This document shows, piece after piece, positions 59,955 through 64,000 of a stretch of 64,000 bases of DNA. Positions within the stretch are counted from its first letter, which is position 1; every line of letters starts with the position of its first letter. Source of the DNA: an uncultured Bacilli bacterium (GTDB lineage: Bacteria > Bacillota_I > Bacilli_A > RF39 > UBA660); contig CAJUQG010000002.1 in NCBI GenBank assembly GCA_910588025.1, positions 18,478 through 82,477 of the forward strand. Direction: 5' to 3'. The position numbers were made by a program, and so were the translations under genes. The notes beneath the pieces are model-generated. The model saw only the letters and a list, made by a program, of their open reading frames with translations, was not told the DNA's origin and did not search any database.

Positions 59955-62900
59955 GTGGGTATGAATATATTAGAACAATTTTCTTTTGAAAATGGTACAA
60001 TTATTCAAGGTTTAACAAATGAGTTAAACGCTTTTTATGTGCTAGAATGCTTTCATCGATTACAAAATAATGTGTTAGTGGTAACAAGTAGTCTTTATGA
60101 GGCAAATCAAATATATAATTCATTAGAAACTTATACAGATAAGGTTTTATTATTTCCAATGGATGATTTTTTAACTTCTGTAGCGGTGGCTATTTCTCCA
60201 GAACTTCAAATGAAACGTTTAGAAACTTTAGAGCGGATAGCATCTGGAACTTGGATTGTTGTTACAAATTTGACTGGATATTTAAGATTTTTACCTAATA
60301 AACAAAAAAAGGATTTATTAAAAGTTACTTTAAAAACAAACGATAACATTGGAAGAGATAAATTACATGAAGTATTAGAACAATTTGGATATAAACAAGA
60401 TTCTATTGTTACTTCCACAGGAGAATATGCAGTTCGTGGTTTTGTATTAGATATTTTTCCTATGTATGAAGACCATCCAATTCGTATAGAATTTTTTGGT
60501 AATGAAATAGAATCAATTCGCTATTTTGATGAATCCAATCAATTATCATTATCTATTCTTGAAGAATGTGTAATTCATCCTTATCAAGAAATGATTACGG
60601 AAGAAAAAAGTTCTTTGTACGAATTTCTGAACTTTCCGATTGTTATTTTTAAAAATTATCATCAAATAGAAGCAAGTAATGAAAAATTAGAAGAAGATAT
60701 TTTTCAATATCAGATATCAAAAGAAGAAAAAGAAAAAAAATATATGTTTTCTTGGAACGAAATTCAGCCAAAGTTTGTAATTCAATTAAATACTTTTGAC
60801 GCGGATGTTTCTAGACAAGGGATTGTGACGTATCATTCACAAGAAATAGAGAACTTTAATGGAAATTTTGAAGCATTAAAGGATTTTGTTATAAAAAATT
60901 TTTTGAGTCATAAAGTAATTTTATTTTGTTTGTCTCGAAATAATCAAATCAAGCAAATTAAAGAGTTGTTTGCAGATTATCCAATTTATGTGAAGCTTGG
61001 AGAGTTAAAGAACGATTCCATTAATATTTGGTTAAAAAAAATAAATCAAGGTTTTTTCTTTCAAAATTATGTTGTAATTTCTGAATTTGATATTGAAAAA
61101 GTTAAAGATACTACAATACATTATAAAAATAATTATCGTATTGGTCGTAAAATTAATGCGTTAGATTCTTTAAAAGCAGGAGATTATGTTGTACATCGTA
61201 TGCATGGAATAGGGATTTATCATGGTGTTGTTACACTTTCACAATATGGTCTTAAAAAAGATTATATTCAAATAGATTATTCAGGAAATGATAAGGTGTA
61301 TATTCCAGTTGAGAAAATTTCGACAATTTATAAATATACTGATAAAGATGGAATGAAACCACAAGTAAATAAGTTAAATTCTACAACATGGGTTAATAAA
61401 AAAAGAGCGATTCAAAAACGGATCCATGATATTTCAGAGGAATTAATTAAGCTTTATGCTGCAAGAAGTAGTATTAAAGGAGAACAATATCGGGATTACG
61501 AGGAAGAAGCGGTATTTGCATCGCATTTTCCATATGATCCTACGAAAGATCAAGTTCGCGCTATACAAGATATTGAACATGACTTAAAAAGTGCTGTTCC
61601 GATGGACCGTTTATTGTGTGGGGATGTTGGATTTGGAAAAACAGAAGTAGCTTTTCGCGCAATTTTTAAAGCAATTTTAAATAATAAACAAGTGTTTTAT
61701 TTGTGTCCAACTACTATTTTAAGTAAACAACAATATGAATCAGCTTTAATGAGATATTCAGAATATCCTATTGAAATTGCTTTATTAAATCGGTTTACGT
61801 CACCAAAAGAAACGAAACGAATTTTAGAAGGATTATCTTCTGGTAAAATTGATTTAGTTTTTGGAACACATCGTTTGTTAAGTGATGATATTAAGTTTAA
61901 AAAATTAGGTCTTTTAATTGTAGATGAAGAGCAGCGTTTTGGAGTAACGCATAAAGAGAAGATTAAAAAATTTAAAAATGATGTCAATGTTTTAACTCTT
62001 TCTGCTACGCCAATTCCAAGAACTTTAAAGATGGCTCTTAGTGGTCTTCGTGATTTGTCTATTATTGATACGGCACCTGTAAACCGTTATCCTGTTCAAA
62101 CTTATGTTGTTGAAGAAAATCCTATTTTAATTAAGGATGCTATTTATAAGGAATTATCTCGAAAAGGACAAATTTTTATTTTATATAATAAAGTTGCTAC
62201 CATTGAAAAGAAAATGCATGAACTTTCTAAATTGGTACCAGAAGCACGTATTACATTTGCTCATGGTCAAATGTCTAAGACAGAATTAGAAAATATTATG
62301 ACTTCTTTTATTAATCATGAATTCGATATTTTGCTTTGTACTACAATTATTGAAACAGGGATTGATATTCCAAATGCTAATACTTTAATTATATATGATG
62401 CAGATCATTTTGGTTTAAGTCAGTTATATCAATTAAGAGGTAGAGTCGGTCGTAGTAATAAAATCGCTTATGCTTATTTACTTTATAATCATGGAAGAAT
62501 ATTAAATGAAGTAGCAGTGAAACGTTTGCAGGCTATTAAAGAGTTTACAGAATTAGGTAGTGGTTATCGTATTGCTATGCGAGATTTAGCAATTCGGGGA
62601 GCTGGGGATTTATTAGGTAGTGAACAGGCAGGATTTGTAGATACAGTAGGAATTTCGCTTTATATGAAAATGGTAGAAGAAGAAATGAAACGTTTACAAG
62701 GAGAAGAAGTAGAAAATGAAGAAACTGAAACAAAATCTCTTTTAAATGTAGAAACGCATATTAGTGATTCTTATGTAAGTGATGAAGATTTGAAAATAGA
62801 AATTCATCAAAAAATAAATGAAATAGATAGTTATGACCATTTATTAAAAGTTAAAGATGAATTAGAGGATCGATTTGGTAAAATTAATGAATCTTTAGAA

Positions 62901-63197
62901 GTATATATGTATGAAGAGTGGTTTGAAAAAATTGCTAAAAAATTAGAAATTCGCAATGTTCGTCAAAATGAAAGAGAAGTTGTTATTGAACTTCCTGAAA
63001 AAATAAGTAATTGTATTAAGGGTGATAAGTTATTTTTGGAAGTTTATAACATTAGTCAAAATTTTCGTTTAAGATATGAGAATAAGAAGATAGTAATATC
63101 ATTAGTACTTAAAGGACTTGAAGACCATTTTGTTTATTATATTGTTCCGCTTATGGATAAAATTCTGCATGAATTTTTAATAAATCATACTGATTAG
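59955..63197 (+). CDS. mfd: transcription-repair coupling factor
   Basis: 1080 aa: UvrB-like N-domain, RNAP-interacting domain, SF2 helicase motifs (GDVGFGKTEVA, DEEQRFGV) and TRCF C-domain. Confidence 0.95.
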   Translation: MGMNILEQFSFENGTIIQGLTNELNAFYVLECFHRLQNNVLVVTSSLYEANQIYNSLETYTDKVLLFPMDDFLTSVAVAISPELQMKRLETLERIASGTWIVVTNLTGYLRFLPNKQKKDLLKVTLKTNDNIGRDKLHEVLEQFGYKQDSIVTSTGEYAVRGFVLDIFPMYEDHPIRIEFFGNEIESIRYFDESNQLSLSILEECVIHPYQEMITEEKSSLYEFLNFPIVIFKNYHQIEASNEKLEEDIFQYQISKEEKEKKYMFSWNEIQPKFVIQLNTFDADVSRQGIVTYHSQEIENFNGNFEALKDFVIKNFLSHKVILFCLSRNNQIKQIKELFADYPIYVKLGELKNDSINIWLKKINQGFFFQNYVVISEFDIEKVKDTTIHYKNNYRIGRKINALDSLKAGDYVVHRMHGIGIYHGVVTLSQYGLKKDYIQIDYSGNDKVYIPVEKISTIYKYTDKDGMKPQVNKLNSTTWVNKKRAIQKRIHDISEELIKLYAARSSIKGEQYRDYEEEAVFASHFPYDPTKDQVRAIQDIEHDLKSAVPMDRLLCGDVGFGKTEVAFRAIFKAILNNKQVFYLCPTTILSKQQYESALMRYSEYPIEIALLNRFTSPKETKRILEGLSSGKIDLVFGTHRLLSDDIKFKKLGLLIVDEEQRFGVTHKEKIKKFKNDVNVLTLSATPIPRTLKMALSGLRDLSIIDTAPVNRYPVQTYVVEENPILIKDAIYKELSRKGQIFILYNKVATIEKKMHELSKLVPEARITFAHGQMSKTELENIMTSFINHEFDILLCTTIIETGIDIPNANTLIIYDADHFGLSQLYQLRGRVGRSNKIAYAYLLYNHGRILNEVAVKRLQAIKEFTELGSGYRIAMRDLAIRGAGDLLGSEQAGFVDTVGISLYMKMVEEEMKRLQGEEVENEETETKSLLNVETHISDSYVSDEDLKIEIHQKINEIDSYDHLLKVKDELEDRFGKINESLEVYMYEEWFEKIAKKLEIRNVRQNEREVVIELPEKISNCIKGDKLFLEVYNISQNFRLRYENKKIVISLVLKGLEDHFVYYIVPLMDKILHEFLINHTD

Positions 63198-63251
63198 AGT
63201 ATAAAATTTATGGAATCTCCAAAACTATAAATAGATTGGAGTGAACGTATT

Positions 63252-63779
63252 TTGAAGTCAACAGGAGTTATTCGTAGAATTGATGAATTGGGAAGAATAG
63301 TGATACCAAAAGAAATTAGAAGACATTTAGGAATTCGAGAAGGGGAAAACCTAGAGATATTTACTGAGGAAGACCGAATTGTGTTGAAGAAATATTCAAA
63401 AATGTTAGAATATGCAGATTTTTCTTCTAAGTTATGTGAAATAGTCCCATCTACGATGGATTTAGGGTTAGTTATCACGGATAGAGATAAGGTTGTATCT
63501 TTTTCATCTAATGTAGAATTAGAATTAAAACATAGTGAAATAGATAATCATTTATTATCTTATATTCAGTCTAGAGAATCTTATGAATCAAAAGTCAGTG
63601 AAAAAATGTTAATTGGTGATTATGAAATAGAAGGTTATTTTTATATTCAGCCTATTATTTCTTCTATAGATTGTTTGGGATTAATTATCTTAATTAAAGA
63701 TCAAGCTTTATTAAAAGAGGAAAAGCAGTTTGCTAAATTTATAGCACAAATGATTGCAAATAAAATTGACATTTCTTAA
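63252..63779 (+). CDS. spoVT: stage V sporulation protein T (AbrB-type swapped-hairpin N-domain plus GAF)
   Basis: MKSTGVIRRIDELGRIVIPKEIRRHLGIREGENLEIF is the AbrB/SpoVT N-domain. 175 aa; follows mfd as in B. subtilis. Confidence 0.85.
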   Translation: MKSTGVIRRIDELGRIVIPKEIRRHLGIREGENLEIFTEEDRIVLKKYSKMLEYADFSSKLCEIVPSTMDLGLVITDRDKVVSFSSNVELELKHSEIDNHLLSYIQSRESYESKVSEKMLIGDYEIEGYFYIQPIISSIDCLGLIILIKDQALLKEEKQFAKFIAQMIANKIDIS

Positions 63780-63837
63780 TATATTGTGATAGAATTTTCG
63801 TAAATTTAGTGATGAAAGAAAGAGAAATATGAATTCT

Positions 63838-64000
63838 TTTTAAGAGAGTCTATATTGGTGAGAGTAGATAAAGAATAGTATGGAAGATGGTTCTGGAACT
63901 AAAACGGAGCAACACGTTACGAAGAGAAAGTGCATGAAAAGTCATGAATAAAGGTGGTACCACGGGTTATCTCGTCCTTTTGTTCAGGGCTTTTTTTATT
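63838..64000 (+). promoter_or_regulatory. T-box leader candidate (partial; runs off the window end)
   Basis: AAGAGAG... stem-I-like start and AATAAAGGTGGTACCACGGG, which resembles the T-box sequence AAUUAGGGUGGUACCGCGG (the UGGU bulge complements tRNA ACCA-3'). A T-run lies at the window edge. Confidence 0.4.

Overview
Origin-of-replication neighbourhood of an AT-rich (about 28% GC) endospore-forming Firmicutes chromosome. The gene content is Erysipelotrichia/Clostridia-like: spoIID, a spoIIQ-like M23 peptidase, spoIIR, bofA, spoVT, and a comK-like gene. The conserved backbone runs ftsH-tilS ... prfB ... secA-hpf ... murA ... prfA-prmC ... rsmG-mnmG-mnmE-jag-yidC-rnpA-rpmH | oriC | dnaA-dnaN-(comK-like)-recF-gyrB-gyrA ... 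tadA-dnaX-ybaB-recR-bofA-holB-ricT ... pth-mfd-spoVT. Bipartite DnaA-box clusters flank dnaA. Five things stand out. (1) Between 26.15 and 26.74 kb there is a GC-enriched ORF-free transcript of about 525 nt. It starts at a perfect TTGACA-N17-TATAAT promoter and ends in an intrinsic terminator just before a small 4-TM protein with a DxxxD motif. This is most consistent with an OLE-type large ncRNA plus an oapA-like gene. (2) A small integrative element sits in the 3' end of secA, with an imperfect 50-bp copy of the secA terminus as attachment repeat. It carries a frameshifted tyrosine integrase, a class-II Fic (AMPylase-type) gene translationally coupled to a downstream frameshifted gene with an Rx4H (HEPN-like) motif. 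Next to it is a decayed second copy (Fic fragment, KilA-N gene, 50-bp direct repeat). (3) A complete agr-type quorum-sensing locus (agrB, a 38-aa agrD, convergent agrC/agrA-like pair) whose AIP region has Ser instead of Cys (SVGWIW). (4) prfB with the classical +1 programmed frameshift site. (5) Three copies of a 20-bp CACGTG-centred palindrome plus a small SRP RNA after gyrA. A T-box-like leader is cut by the window end. Several proteins have no recognisable family (595 aa next to a divergent LysR regulator; 568 aa between hpf and secA; 187 aa; 215 aa).
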